Below are positions 38,948 to 52,400 of a DNA stretch of 64,000 bases, in pieces. The translations under genes were made by a program, and so were the position numbers. The notes under the pieces are model-generated. The model did no database searches. It was not told where the DNA came from and saw only the letters and a program-made list of their open reading frames with translations. How positions within the stretch are numbered: the first letter of the stretch is position 1; the number at the start of each line of letters is the position of its first letter. The stretch covers positions 27,252,912 through 27,316,911 of the forward strand of contig NC_092675.1 in NCBI RefSeq assembly GCF_964355755.1, read 5' to 3'. This DNA is from Antedon mediterranea (lineage: Eukaryota > Animalia > Echinodermata).

Positions 38948-39882
38948 TTAAGAATTGAATAAATTGTTTTAAAATTACTTTACATTCGTGGAGTCAGCTG
39001 ACCATGGATCTGAAACTGCAATGCATAACGCCTGTTCATACATAGTGTGGGCCGCCAGTCTATGTAATATTCAGAAAAGGGTAGGTCTTATATACTGTAT
39101 TAATATATACAATAATATACTAAACAAAATATTTTACTTTGGCTATATACACAAATATGAATCATCCAGTTATACTACAGTAATTAGCCCTGACTGCCTT
39201 CATGACAATCTGCCACTGATACACAGTAGGCCTTGTCATGTTTAAAAAAAACTCTGCTTGTGGATACACACTGTATACAATCTTCTGCCCCAGTAGGACC
39301 TACATTGAGCACCTTTTCATGAAATTACCTCAGAGTACAATATTTACAATTTATAATTACAGCCATAGAGAAATGCTGATACACTGAAAAATAATATTAT
39401 AAAATGAAGACGAGGACATTTGCTACAAAGATAAAAAGCTGCCTCAACACAGATTCAAACCCATTGATATGCAGGCATTATTACCATGGTATCAAATCTG
39501 ATTGGATAATGACTTTTTGGCACCTGAATTTCAACATTTTAATTACACATTTGGTCTTTGTTGTTTGTCAACTATATTGTAATGAACATTAAAATAATTT
39601 ATAGCTCTATTAATAAATGTATCAATAGAGTGAAACTTGAAATGTATGCTTCATATCAGGGTCAACTTCCTATAGCATTTACAAGTATTTGTGCCATAAT
39701 TTATGTGCATTTCAAAATTAAAAACTTTGAATCTTCAAGTTTAAATCTTTTTTTAGCCAATTTGAAAATTATGAAAGACAGTAAAGTTTATTATAATTGT
39801 AACCAATGGCAAGAATTTAGCCCCAGCTGACTTGTGGCACTCACTGTTTGGTGCGATAGAAAGACTAAATAGGTTAACAAAT

Positions 39883-40401
39883 CTACGAGCTAGATAAATG
39901 TGTATCTGCCGTCTGACAACTAGTCCCGCTTCCAGATACGTAGTTCCCAGAAGAAAGTGTGCTTCTGTTGATTAAATAACTCTCGGAGTCGCACTCTGAG
40001 TAAGGAACAGAACTGTCTGCAAATGGGTCAACTGAGGTCAATGGTTCTTCAGAAATCATAGCATCGTTTTGTACTTCAGTCAGTAAATTTCCATTACAGA
40101 GTTGAAGGTAACGAACATCTGCATCTTCCTTGGATGAGCTGTTCTCATCATCGTTTACGTCATCGGTGAAAACATTATTATTCTGTTGTTCCTGTTTCCG
40201 ACCCAAGATTAGGTATGTTTTGTTTGTTACTTCCACCGAAGTCTTTCGCTGATTACCTCCGGTTTCAAAAGTTTTCTCTGGCAACATACACGTAGACTCT
40301 GACAGATCTTCCTTCTCTTTTGGAGGATTTCTATTCATCTTGACTTCATCGAAGATCTCTACATCAGGTTGTTTTGCTTCCCTGCATTGCGATGCAGCCC
40401 A
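39883..40401 (-). CDS. Receptor last exon: cytoplasmic tail
   Basis: ttttag|WAASQCREAKQPDVEIFDEVK runs in frame into ORF 39883..40338; contains YLIL, YLQL, YSEC, YLIN, YVSG; ends TAG. Confidence 0.85.
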   Translation of the reverse strand, partial: WAASQCREAKQPDVEIFDEVKMNRNPPKEKEDLSESTCMLPEKTFETGGNQRKTSVEVTNKTYLILGRKQEQQNNNVFTDDVNDDENSSSKEDADVRYLQLCNGNLLTEVQNDAMISEEPLTSVDPFADSSVPYSECDSESYLINRSTLSSGNYVSGSGTSCQTADTHLSSS

Positions 40402-43400
40402 CTAAAAAATGTTTACAAAAAAAAAGGATTGTTCAAATTAAATCAATTTTATTCATGATAAATATAGCTGGTAGGATTTTATTAATCATATTTATTACTA
40501 ATCATAATTAATCATTGCTTATGTGAGGTAATCTTTTTTTGAATAAACCATAAATGAAACTAGATACTGGGGTTTGAATTACTAACTAGCTTTCATGTTC
40601 CCATCTATTCATATGGGTACTAATGAAGTCCTATCTGGTGATTATATAATGGACCCAGACTTCAGTTTACATAAGATTTGAATATTTAATAATAGTATTA
40701 TTAATTGATTTGTTTTTGGCGGTGCTGTTCTATTGTTAGTCAACTGAAACTATTGTTATTTGAATGGTTGGATAACCATTACACCAAATTTGCATACAGA
40801 CAGTTGTAGTGAAATTAGCCTAATCACACACAGCATTACACACAAAAAATATATATATATATTTTTTTTTATGTAGGAGAATTTACAGTAGGTGGAGGTA
40901 TGCATTCTTGGAGTGCTGTTGTAGTTTCTTCTGTAATTTCTCCTACAATGACTTATATCGTAGGATTTTATTTTTACCTCCATGGTTTTACAGTATTTCA
41001 TACTGGAAATCAACAAACACCAGTATTATTATCAAATTGAACACTGTGAGTATCATCCATGTGTCTTTCAACATTAACTAATCTTGATACTAATTTTACT
41101 AGAGAGCTGGGTGCTATACAAAATAACTAACATTCATAATAATTGGCTTGTACCTTGAAGAACTTTGGCTCTGGTAATGGCTTCATACAATCTGCCTTCT
41201 TCATACAGCATATTATAATTATAAAAATTATGAGTAACGTAACAAATACTATTGACACTATTATAATCACTGCTATATACTCCTTGCCTGAAATAAAACA
41301 ACCAGAAAATGTATATAAATGCCATACATTCTAAACATACATTTTAATAATTTATCAATCAATACATTTTCTCTGTATTTTTTTTGTTGGTGGGGGGAGT
41401 GGATTTTTCTACTGTATTGAAGAACTTTCTTATAAGTAGTGGGGGGTGTGTCACTGTACTTTCTAAACATTTCCGGAGGGGCCACAACATGAGATTGAAC
41501 TATCTAACTATTAAGATTAAGATAAATCCTTCTGGAAATAACACATTTTAAATTTATGTACACATAACCAAAAATGGTTTTTAAGTATGATTCTGAGTTT
41601 GAGGCTCAGTTTATTTTTTATGTACAAGTGTCTTTTAATTAATAACTTACACTTACACTATACTACTGGATTCATACAGACCCAAATGAATGCTGTTATG
41701 AAATTCTAAAAATACAGTAGTAGTGTTTCACTGTACCCACCTACTTTTTAAACATTTCTGGAGGTCCCACAACATATCTAACTATTAAACAAAAAAATTA
41801 GGCTTTTTTAGAAGAAAAGCAAAATGTTCTATTTTATCATAATAAGATAAATCCTTCTGGAAATAACACATTTTAAATTTATGTACAAACCAAAAATGGT
41901 TTTTAAGTATGATTCTGAGTTTGAGGCTCAGTTTATTTTTTATGTACAAGTGTCTTTTAATAATACCTTACACCTGCTTACTAAATTTGTACTATTTGTT
42001 TTTGAAGTGTGAATAGAATATCTCTATGGAATAATTAAATAAAAAAAATAATCTTCTAGATTCATACAGACCCAAATGAATGCTGTTCTGAAATTCTAAA
42101 AACAGTCTTACCTATGCCACTTGCAGTAGGTATCCCAATGAAGCGGATTTTCGTTACCGCGATTTTAACACGTTCGTGAAATTTCAAAAAGTGACGTGTC
42201 TTTGAAGTTAAAAATATACTATTTCTTATATACACATGTGAAAAAAAATTATATGTCTGGAAAGATCTTGTTTAAGGGATTATTTTCATATATTTTTAAT
42301 CTATGTTTATTAAATATTTTAATAGAAAACGCGAGTTAAAAATGAGGTACAAAAGCCGGCGAGCCGAAATCCGCGCGCTAAAAATAACTTTGGAAAACAC
42401 CTACCCATTTTCAAAACACGATCGCACGAGGTCCATAATAGGTGGTGGAGTAATTTTTGTTGCATGTTATCAGGCTTTAAATACTCTTTATTTTGATATG
42501 TAAATCGGTTATTATTATTATGTACATCCGCCTCAAATGTCAATTTTAACGATAAAAATTGAATTTTTTAGTCTTTCTCATTATCAAAATTTGGCTAATT
42601 TAGTATTGAATTGAAGCTAATTTATATTTTTGTTTGATAAACCACATCGTTTTATTTGACTTTGCGTGGACCTCGTGCGAAGAGGCCAACAAGACCAACC
42701 ACTGAAAAAAATAATCCCTACCAAAAATATCAGTGTTTACCATTTTCCTTACGGGGGGGATTCAGTTCTCCGCTTATTACTAAATTACCGTCGCCCAGAC
42801 AATGTGCATGGTATGCATGTATTAGCGCGTTAATTAATGATTGGATAACCCCTGCAGTGGACTGTTCCATTTTCTGAACTAGTCTTCGCCGCACACGAGG
42901 CATGTCGAAAAATGTCGCCTCTCATGGAATATTTGCTTCGAAACGTCAATTTTACCGATTTATTAAATTATTTAATAAGTGGAATATTTATAAATCTACT
43001 ATATAAAGCAAGTACGTTAGGAAGAAATGTACCGAAGAAATTTAAGAAGCTTTGATTTTGCTATGCAGCGGCCGTAAGCCATTCTATGTAGGCGGCCGAA
43101 ACGCGCTTTGGCCTGTGTTGCCGTTGTATGTCTACGCTGTTTCTAGGCCTAAATTTTATTCCGTATATTTCAATTCAAAGTGCAACTTTCGGTTAGAATA
43201 ATCGAAAGGGAAATAAAATTAAACATGTTACAATTATACCATTGAGGTAATTACTTTGTTAAATAAAAAATTTCTTCCCGATATTTCTTAGTCTTAGGCA
43301 GAATTTAGCGCCAGGCTTTTATTTAGACCTTAGTCTTAGGGGCCTATATAACTTAACTTGTAGTAGGCGCGGCCGAGTCTACGTTCGGCCCGGCGCTCCA

Positions 43401-46400
43401 AATGGAATCGAACACATAATAAGCACGGGCTTAATTCTTATTTTTGGCGGTTCGAAAATCAATTAAAATAATATATGATTATAAATATAACTTTAAATAC
43501 TAGAATTAAAAAAAAAATGTATACTTACGAAAAATAATATTTAATGAAAAGAAACAATACCCACACAGTTTTTTAACGCATTATTTTTTTTTTTCACATT
43601 TTAACATTTTTTAACAATATTTTATGTTGTATTTCAGAATTACCTACCTGTCAATATAAATAACCTTACTAAAATACATATTAAATTTTATGCAATGCAA
43701 AAAAAAAGAAGTTAATTCACACATTGGTTCAAAAGTTATGAATCATTTAAAGACAGGAACTTTTTGGGCATTTTTGAGACATTGGGAAAATCACGCGTAA
43801 AAAGCCCTCGGACGAATTTTGGAGGGCGATATCTAAAAAAAAAAATGTCGAGGACACCCAAAAAAAAAAATTCTTGTACAACTCTGTTGTATCTATGGGT
43901 TTGGAAAAAATAAGAACTTTAAAATTATTAGTATAAAAGTTATAACCCTTCAAAAATGGGTTCAAATATAATTAGAAAAAGTGCCGTTTTTCAAGCAAAA
44001 ATCACTGTTTTTTGGGCACTTTAATGGACCATAACTTTTGAATGGATAATCCGATTTCAATCATTTAAATTGCAAAAGTTTATGTTCAGTAAGTTCCTTC
44101 TGATTAACTGAAAGAAAAAGTACCATCATTAATTTGAATTTTTACATTGGGATACCTACTTGCAGTTAATTGACCAGCAACAAAACTGGAGCTAATCGTG
44201 GTATAACCAACTGAATTGTGTGCTGTGATGTTTACAATGTAGTCCTTATCTGATGGCAGATCTACAATATGAATCAAATTGTTTTATGGTATACATAATC
44301 AATTAGTTTGTTTCACATAAATCATCTCCGAAAAAAAACCCCCACCAAAATAAGATCTGTCTACACTATCAAACTAGTTTGACAAAAAACAAGGTGTTAC
44401 GTTCCCAAATATGGTAGTGATATGCTTAAATATGGTAGTGATGTTATGTCCATATATGGCCACATCACATTTGTTTGTCACATAATGTTTGATAGTGTAG
44501 ACAGAGCCTAAGAATCTGTCTCTATAAGATGAGATTTCTGTTCAACCGACCTGTTCACTCCACATTCGGTTAAATGTGCGTACATTTTGTATTTTTTTCT
44601 AATTTTATACGGTCATATCATAATTGTATAATTGTAATGGAGGGGTGGATCTAGGATTTTGATAAAGAGGGGGACGATATGGGAAACTAATTGTCTAGGG
44701 TGTCCGAGACATGCTTCCCCTGAAATGTTTTTTTTTCTAGACGCCCGGAGACAGCATCTGAGGCGTTTTGGCCAGTCGATTTTTGTCATATAATTATCTG
44801 AATATAGTGTGTTTTATAGACCATATTTAATATACGGAACTGTTTAATTTTTTTTTTTTGCATCAATAGCCTAAAGCCTGTTTCCCCGTTGACGAAACGT
44901 TACGACTAGTTGCATTATAATTTTAAAATTATTAAACTTGAAAATAAATAACGATAACGATGATCGAACCGGACCGCGAATATTTTCACATTTTTACGCA
45001 ATCGTTAATGGTGGTTGCTGAGACGCATGGACGTGAAGTTTTACAAAGCAAAGGCCGGTCATGCGCAGCCGGGCCTGCTGAAAAATTGAAAAAGTTACGG
45101 GTTTTGATGCTTCGATTCAATCCGGCCTATGACATGTTTTTGCTGATATCTTAATCTAGGCTTTACACTAAAGACAAATATTAAATTAAATTGTTTTTAT
45201 ATTATAATATATCCCCCTCCCTTTTGTAATATATAAATCCGCCCCTGTATTGTAACTGTTAAGCTTATTTTAACTTGAAATGGAAGGCAATGTCGTTCAA
45301 TTTACTTTTCAACAATTTTCCATTACTCAACACAATAGTGCCATTTTTCAAGTAGCTTTAGGAGTAAAAGGTATCGGTTCATACAGTATTTACCTGTAAA
45401 TTCAACTTGAAGTGATGTGTTGTATTTTGTAGTAGCTATATCCACTTCTCTATCATCGGAAAAAACTGTTATTTTGTATCTAAGAAGATGACCATTTTGT
45501 TTTTCTGGAGGTAGTTCCTAAGAAACAAATTAGTTTTCTTTTTAATTATACTGTAACAACAGGAATGATGCTTTTTTTTTTAAAGAAAATGAAGATTTAT
45601 TTCTAAAGACATTTGCATTTGTCAAAATCTTAATGAAATGTTAAATTATGTCACCATTGCATGTTATAAATATTTAAAACCATGCTATAAAAGTGTGGTG
45701 TGAGGAGTATTGGAGGATCCCAATAATTTGTTCTGGTTAGGTAGCTTTTAGTGGGTTTCATCATGGAGAATTCTCCATGGTTTTATGAATCAGTTTCCTA
45801 AAGCTTAAAAAAAAAACCAATCTTATTATACTGATTGATCGATCGATGTTTGGTGTATTATTTCATTTATCTGCTATTGTTAATAGCCTTTAGATAACCA
45901 TCATAAGTTTGGATACTACAAACATGATGAAATAATTATGTATTTTTGTAACTTATACAGGATTTGTTGCAATTCAAAAGAATTTTATTACAATAATTTT
46001 TCATTTTGGTCATTCATTATCTGCCAAGTAAAAACTATAGATAGCATTATTCATTTTTTTATAAAAAAAAGAATCATATCAGCAGTTTTGAGGTAAAAAG
46101 TAAATACGTAAATTCACTTTCATATACTCATGTTTGGTGTGCGCAGAAGTGTACTCTATGGTCCTCGATGTCTGCGAATATACCCGTTTATTACTCTCAA
46201 TTCCTAACCCGCTCTACTTTTTTCACTTTTTCCGTCTGATGATATCTTTACAAATATAAATATGCAATGAAGTAAAAACAAATCCTAAAAGTTTCTGGAA
46301 ATATGTAAGAGAGAAAACCAAATCAACTCAATCTATTGGATTGGTGAAGGATGGAAAGGGTAATATGGCTGATGACAATCAGCATAAAGCGGAAATTTTC

Positions 46401-49400
46401 AACGCATTTTTCACGAGTGTATTCACGAATGAAGACCTCAAGTCATTGCCAGAAGTTACACCAAGTGTTGACGTGGATGACCATTTGGAGTCAATTGAAG
46501 TGACAAAGGAGGAAGTGCTTACATGCCTTCAGCAGATGAACTCAAATAAATCAGCTGGACCAGATGACGTGCATCCAAGAGTACTGAAGGAACTTAAAGA
46601 AATTGTTGCAACTCCATTGACGTCAATTTACAACAAATCACTATCGACTGGACAGTTACCGGAGTGCTGGAAATGTGCAAATGTAGTACCAATTTTTAAG
46701 AAAGGGGACAAGACTGAGGTTGGAATTTACAGGCCAGTAAGTTTGACATCTGTCGTATGCAGACTTTTGGAATCAATTGTGAGAGACAAAATTATACAGT
46801 TTCTAAATGATAGAAACCTTATTATAAAAGCACAGCATGGGTTTCGGAAAGGTAGATCTTGCGTCACACAATTGCTGGAGGTGATGGAAGAATGGACGAA
46901 ATTGCTGGATGCGGGGGAAAACTTTGATGCTGTATAATTGGATTTTAGTAAGGCATTCGATTCTATCCCCCACCAGAGATTAATAACAAAATTGGAAGCG
47001 TACGGAATAAAAGGAAACCTACTGAGATGGATACATCAATTTTTGACAGGGAGGAGACAAAGAGTTAGAGTGGCCGCAGCATTTTCTGAATGGTCTACGG
47101 TTAAAAGCGGAGTCCCTCAAGGCAGCGTGTTAGGCCCTTTATTATTTATAATTTTCATAAACGACCTACCTGATGCAGTTAAATCTAAAGTATGGATGTT
47201 TGCAGATGACACTAAGATGTTTAATGTTGTGTATGATAACAGAAATGATACTGTTCAAAATGATCTCAAGGCATTATCCGATTGGTCTAAAAGATGGCAG
47301 CTGAAATTCAACATCAATAAATGTAAAGTAATACATTATGGAAATTCAAATCCACAAATGCAATTCACTATGCCAACAGAGGAAGGTGACGAGGATCTGC
47401 CAAATGCCAATACTGAAAAGGACCTTGGAGTTACTTTTGATCAGTCTTTAAAATTTTCACTACATACGAATGAAGCTGTAAATAAAGCAAATAGACTCAT
47501 TGGATTGGTAAGGCGATCTTTTGCTTACATGGATAAGGATATGTTCCTGCCCCTTTATAAAAGTATAATTCGACCTCATCTGGAATACGCAAGCTGTATA
47601 TGGTACCCTCTCCTAAAAGGTGATTTGGATAAGCTTGAAAGAGTGCAGCGTAGGGCCACTAAAATTGTCAAAAAGTTAAGAGATAAATCTTACGATCAGA
47701 GATTAAAAGAGCTTGGATTACCTACACTGAATTACAGAAGAAGGAGAGCGGACATTATACAAGTGTTTAAAATTATCAAGGGCTTGGATGATATTGAAGC
47801 CGAAACCTTTTTCGACTTTAGAGAGGACAGTAGAACAAGGGGTCATCAATACAAATTAAGAAAGCCAAGAGCCCGACTGAAAATCAGAAGCCACTCCTTT
47901 TCATGTAGAATCGTCAACACATGGAACAATCTATACCACACTACAGTACAAGCAGAAAACATAAATGCATTCAAGGATCAACTAAACAAAGACAGAGCAA
48001 TGGGAGATAAATTTTGCTACCAATTCTAGATAAATACAGAAGAAATGGAGGGCGTTTAAAAGGCATTTGCCTTAATCAAGAGCCCGAAGATTCAAGTAAG
48101 ATTCAAGTAAGATATATTTTGTATTCATTTTTTTATAAAAAAAATAATCATATCAGCAGTTTTGAGGTAAAAAGTAAATACATAAATTCACTTTCATATA
48201 CTCATGTTTGGTGTGCGCAGAAGTGTACTCTATGATCCTCGATGTCTGCGAATATACCCGTTTATTACTCCCAATTCCTAACCCACTCTACTTTTTTCCT
48301 CACTTTTTCCGTCTGATGATATCTTTACAAATATATTTTGTGGTATTCATTTTCGTACCTTCCAATTGCACGTAAGTACATCATATCCATCTTTCCAATT
48401 GCAGTTACCATCCACTGTACCTTCCGGTGGTTCTGTTGAAAAATGTTTAGTTCAAACTCAATTAAAGGAACTTAAAATTGTTGATGATTTCATGGAAATA
48501 GTAAAAACCTTAATCAACTAGGGACCAGTTGCTTTTTGTACTTTTCTGTGGTTTTATCCTTGATTATCCACTTGATCAACAGAATGAATAAGTAAATAAA
48601 AAAGAAACTTAATATATCTTGACTTTTAGCTTTTTGTCAAAACATGAAAAAGTATTGCATCCCTGGTTTTAATATACAAACAAATACTAGAGGCCTACGG
48701 CAAAAATAAACTGTAGCTCAATTGAAGATAGAAGCAATGGTTTGCGATTATATGGTCAAACTTTAATATAAAATCAACAACATTCCAACCAAGACTATTT
48801 CATTTTTGATGCAAAAATGTATTCAAATTTACTTGTTTCTTCTTTCATGACAACAACAATGTCCGACCATTTATTAATGTTGTCTTCTCTTGAATATCTG
48901 ACGGCAACTTGTACCTCATACTCCTTGTAGCCTGTAGGTATGTCAAGAATTTTCTCAGACAAATCGTCATGTGATCTATCACAATGGATCTTAAAAACAA
49001 TACAAAAATATCAAAGTTTAGTGTGAGCAGAAAAAAGGAAACAATAGTGTCTATGAAAGTGGGAACTATCGCCCAACAAATAATTTATTTAAATTTTAAT
49101 TTATTTAATACACTTCGCTTCCAGTCCATCGCCTCTCGTACAAATAGATTTCGTAATAGTTTTTACCCATCTGCCATTAGAATACTGAATCTTACAGAAT
49201 GATGTGTCATGGCATTTTGTTCTGTATTATATTGTGCTGTAGTTTCAGAGATACACACTTTTCTGTGTATTTTAGGCGAATGATATAATTGAATTGAATT
49301 AAATGTACATAACGTACATTTTTTTAGGTTATTGGATGTTTAAAAACATACCTCGTTCTTCTCTGGAGGTTTCATGTTTGGATACACCTCCTTATAACTA

Positions 49401-52400
49401 ACAACGTAAACATGCTCTATTCTATATTTTGTTGGATCCCAATTTACTTTAAGTAACGTGTCATTTTCAATCCGTCCCACAACATTCTTTGGAGGATACA
49501 TTATGACTAATAAAAGAAAAACAAGAAATTAGTGGCAGTGGTTTCAACATAATATATTACAATAAGAAAATGGCAATTCATTCATTTATCTAGTATGATT
49601 TTTCTGCTATATTGATTTTATATAATTGCCCATTCACTGCACAGTGTTATTTCCAATTTTGTGCAGAAATAGTGATTTTGAAATTAATTGTTTTACTTAC
49701 TAAAACAGTTTTTCAAAATTGTGTTTATATTGTACTGTAGGTGGGGGTTGGTCTAGGGGGAAACAAACAAAATTATGAAAGACTTTTTTTTCCCCATGAA
49801 ATTCTTATAAAACTAGAAGGCCACTATACAATTAGTATAATTCCCCTACATGATTTCCCCGACATTTTTTAAAAAGTTTTATGTCTAGTGCTCAGTGTGA
49901 TTAGATTAAAGTGTACTACAACTTTTGAATGTGAGTTTGGTGTAATGGTTATATATCCAGCCTTACACTGTTGCGTTCCCTGGTTTATTTCCTGCTGTGA
50001 AGATCTTTTTTGTTTATCATCCTTATTATTCCTTTTTATTATTATTTTTAATAATTATAATATTTTATATTTTAATAACCTAAGGTTACCTTAAGACTGA
50101 TCACTACCAGATCACCGGCTTCTCTATCAAGGCCTATTGTAAGCCTTCTAACCTGGTAACAACAACCTTGAGCAGCTGTGCAAGCTGCACAATTTCAGAT
50201 GTACAAGTATCGTACCTCTATAGATTATTGGACTAGCATTATATAATTCAACTAAAATATCTGTACAGACTGTTTTGGCCTCAAATGACTCAGATACAGG
50301 TTTTCTATAGCCAGCATAGAACTGTTAGTAATTCTCAAAATCACACCTTTGTTACTTCCCTAGAAAATATGCAAATTAGTAGTACAAGAGGTGAAAGTTG
50401 CCATATCTCTATCGGTCATTAGCGTTTTTCGAGATACATAAGGCTGTAATTTGCATATTTCATATAACTTGTACTAATAATGTGCATACTTTCGAGTTGC
50501 TTGACTTTTTGGAATTACTAAACGATCCTATACTGGCTATATAAAACCTGTATCCAAGTCATTTGAGGCCAAAACAAAGTCTGTACATACATTTTAGTTA
50601 CATTATATGCAAATATTGAGAAATAGGTTCGAGGGTCAAATGTCATACTTTCGATAATTTTTTTTTCAATAATGACCCAGATACAGGTTTTCTATAGCCA
50701 GCATAGAACTGTTTAGTAATTCTCAAAATCACACCTCTGTTACTTCGCTTGAAAGTATGCAAATCAGTAGTACTAGAAAGTTGCCATATCTCTCTCTCTC
50801 GGTCATTAGCGTTTTCGAGATACATAAGGCAATTCACTGTAATTTGCATATTTCATATAGCTTGTACTACTAATTTGCATCCTTTCGAGGTGCTTGACTT
50901 ATACTGGCTATATAAAACCTGTATCCGAGTCATTTGAGGCTAAAACAATGTCTGTACATACATTTTAGTTGCATTATGCAAATATTGAGAAATAATAATA
51001 ATAATATCCTGGATTATAGCGCCTAATGTTGTGAAACCTCTAAGCGCTGTACATAAACTAATACGAAAAAAGGGAATTCCAACCATGCCAAAATGAAGGC
51101 GTGATTTTGGGAATTACAAAGCGGTCCTATGCTGACTATAGGAAACATGTATCCGAGTTATTTTAGTCCAAAACAAAGTTTCTACAGACATTTTAGTCGC
51201 ATTATGTATGCAAACATTGATAAATGGGGTCGAGGGTCAATTGTTGTATTTCTGGTCATTTTTTCGTAAAATGTTTCATTAGAGTAAATATAAATATGTA
51301 CATTCTGAACAAGTTATTGAAAAAATCAACTCTCTAGCCTTAGTGGTTTTCGATATATAGGAACCTTTAATTTCACCCTCTAATTTGCATATTTCATGTA
51401 ACTTGTACTAATAATTTGCATACTTTGGAGGTGAGTGATACAGGTGTGATTTTGAGATCTACTAAACAGTCCTATGTTGGCTATTAGAAACCTGTATCGG
51501 AGTCATTTGAGGGCAAAACAAAGTCTCTACAGACATTTTAGTTTCATTTATATATGCAATATTGAGAAATGGGGTCGAGGGTCAAATGTCATACTTCCGG
51601 TCAATTTTTTGTAAAATGTTTCATTGGAGCAAATAGAAATATGTACATTTTGAATACGGCTGTGAAAAAATCAGCTCTCTAGCATTAGTGGTTTTCGGGA
51701 TATAGGACAACTGTAATTTTTTCCCCTTATTTGCATATTTTATTTAAATTGTACTACTAATTTGCATACTTTCGAGGTGTGTGACAAAGGTGTGATTTTG
51801 GGAATTACAAAGTGATCCTATGCTGGTTATTAGGAACCTATGTCTGGGTCATTTGAGGGCAAAATAAAGTCTCTACAGACATTTCAGTCACATTGTATAT
51901 GCAAACATTGGGAAATGGGGTCGAAGGTCAAATGTTGTACTTCCGGTCATTTTTTCGTAAAATGTTTCATTAGAGTAAATATAAATATATACATTTTGAA
52001 TAGATCAGTGAAAATATCAACTCTCTCGGACTAGTAGTTTTTGAGATATGGTAACCCTGTAATTTACCCCTAATTTGCATATTTAAGCTAATTTGCATAT
52101 TATCGGGATGAGTGACAGAGGTGTGATGCTCAAATTTTGATCTCCTCATAATATATGACCATTTAAAAAAGAAAAATCTCTGTTTGCAATTTGTTTCACT
52201 TTGGGCTGTTTTTTTTTGCTAGATTGACTAGCCTATTGTGTTGTCTGGTTGCTGAATTGTTTTTCTTTTTTGGCAGAATCCATTAATTAAAAACGAGAAA
52301 GACACAATTTTATACAATTGTATGTTTTTCTTCATGATCAACTCTATATATCGATGTGATGATATAAGTGTGATGCATGCAATTTCAATTATTAGAGTCG

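Noticed and set aside
46341-48029. Active or domesticated reverse transcriptase
   Set aside because: 5'-truncated (no ORF1 or endonuclease) with an in-frame stop in the RT.
48122-48335. Idea that the CR1 insertion duplicated part of a receptor exon
   Set aside because: The exon ends at 48359 (AAG|gtacga) and read-through meets TGA, so the duplicated segment is intronic.
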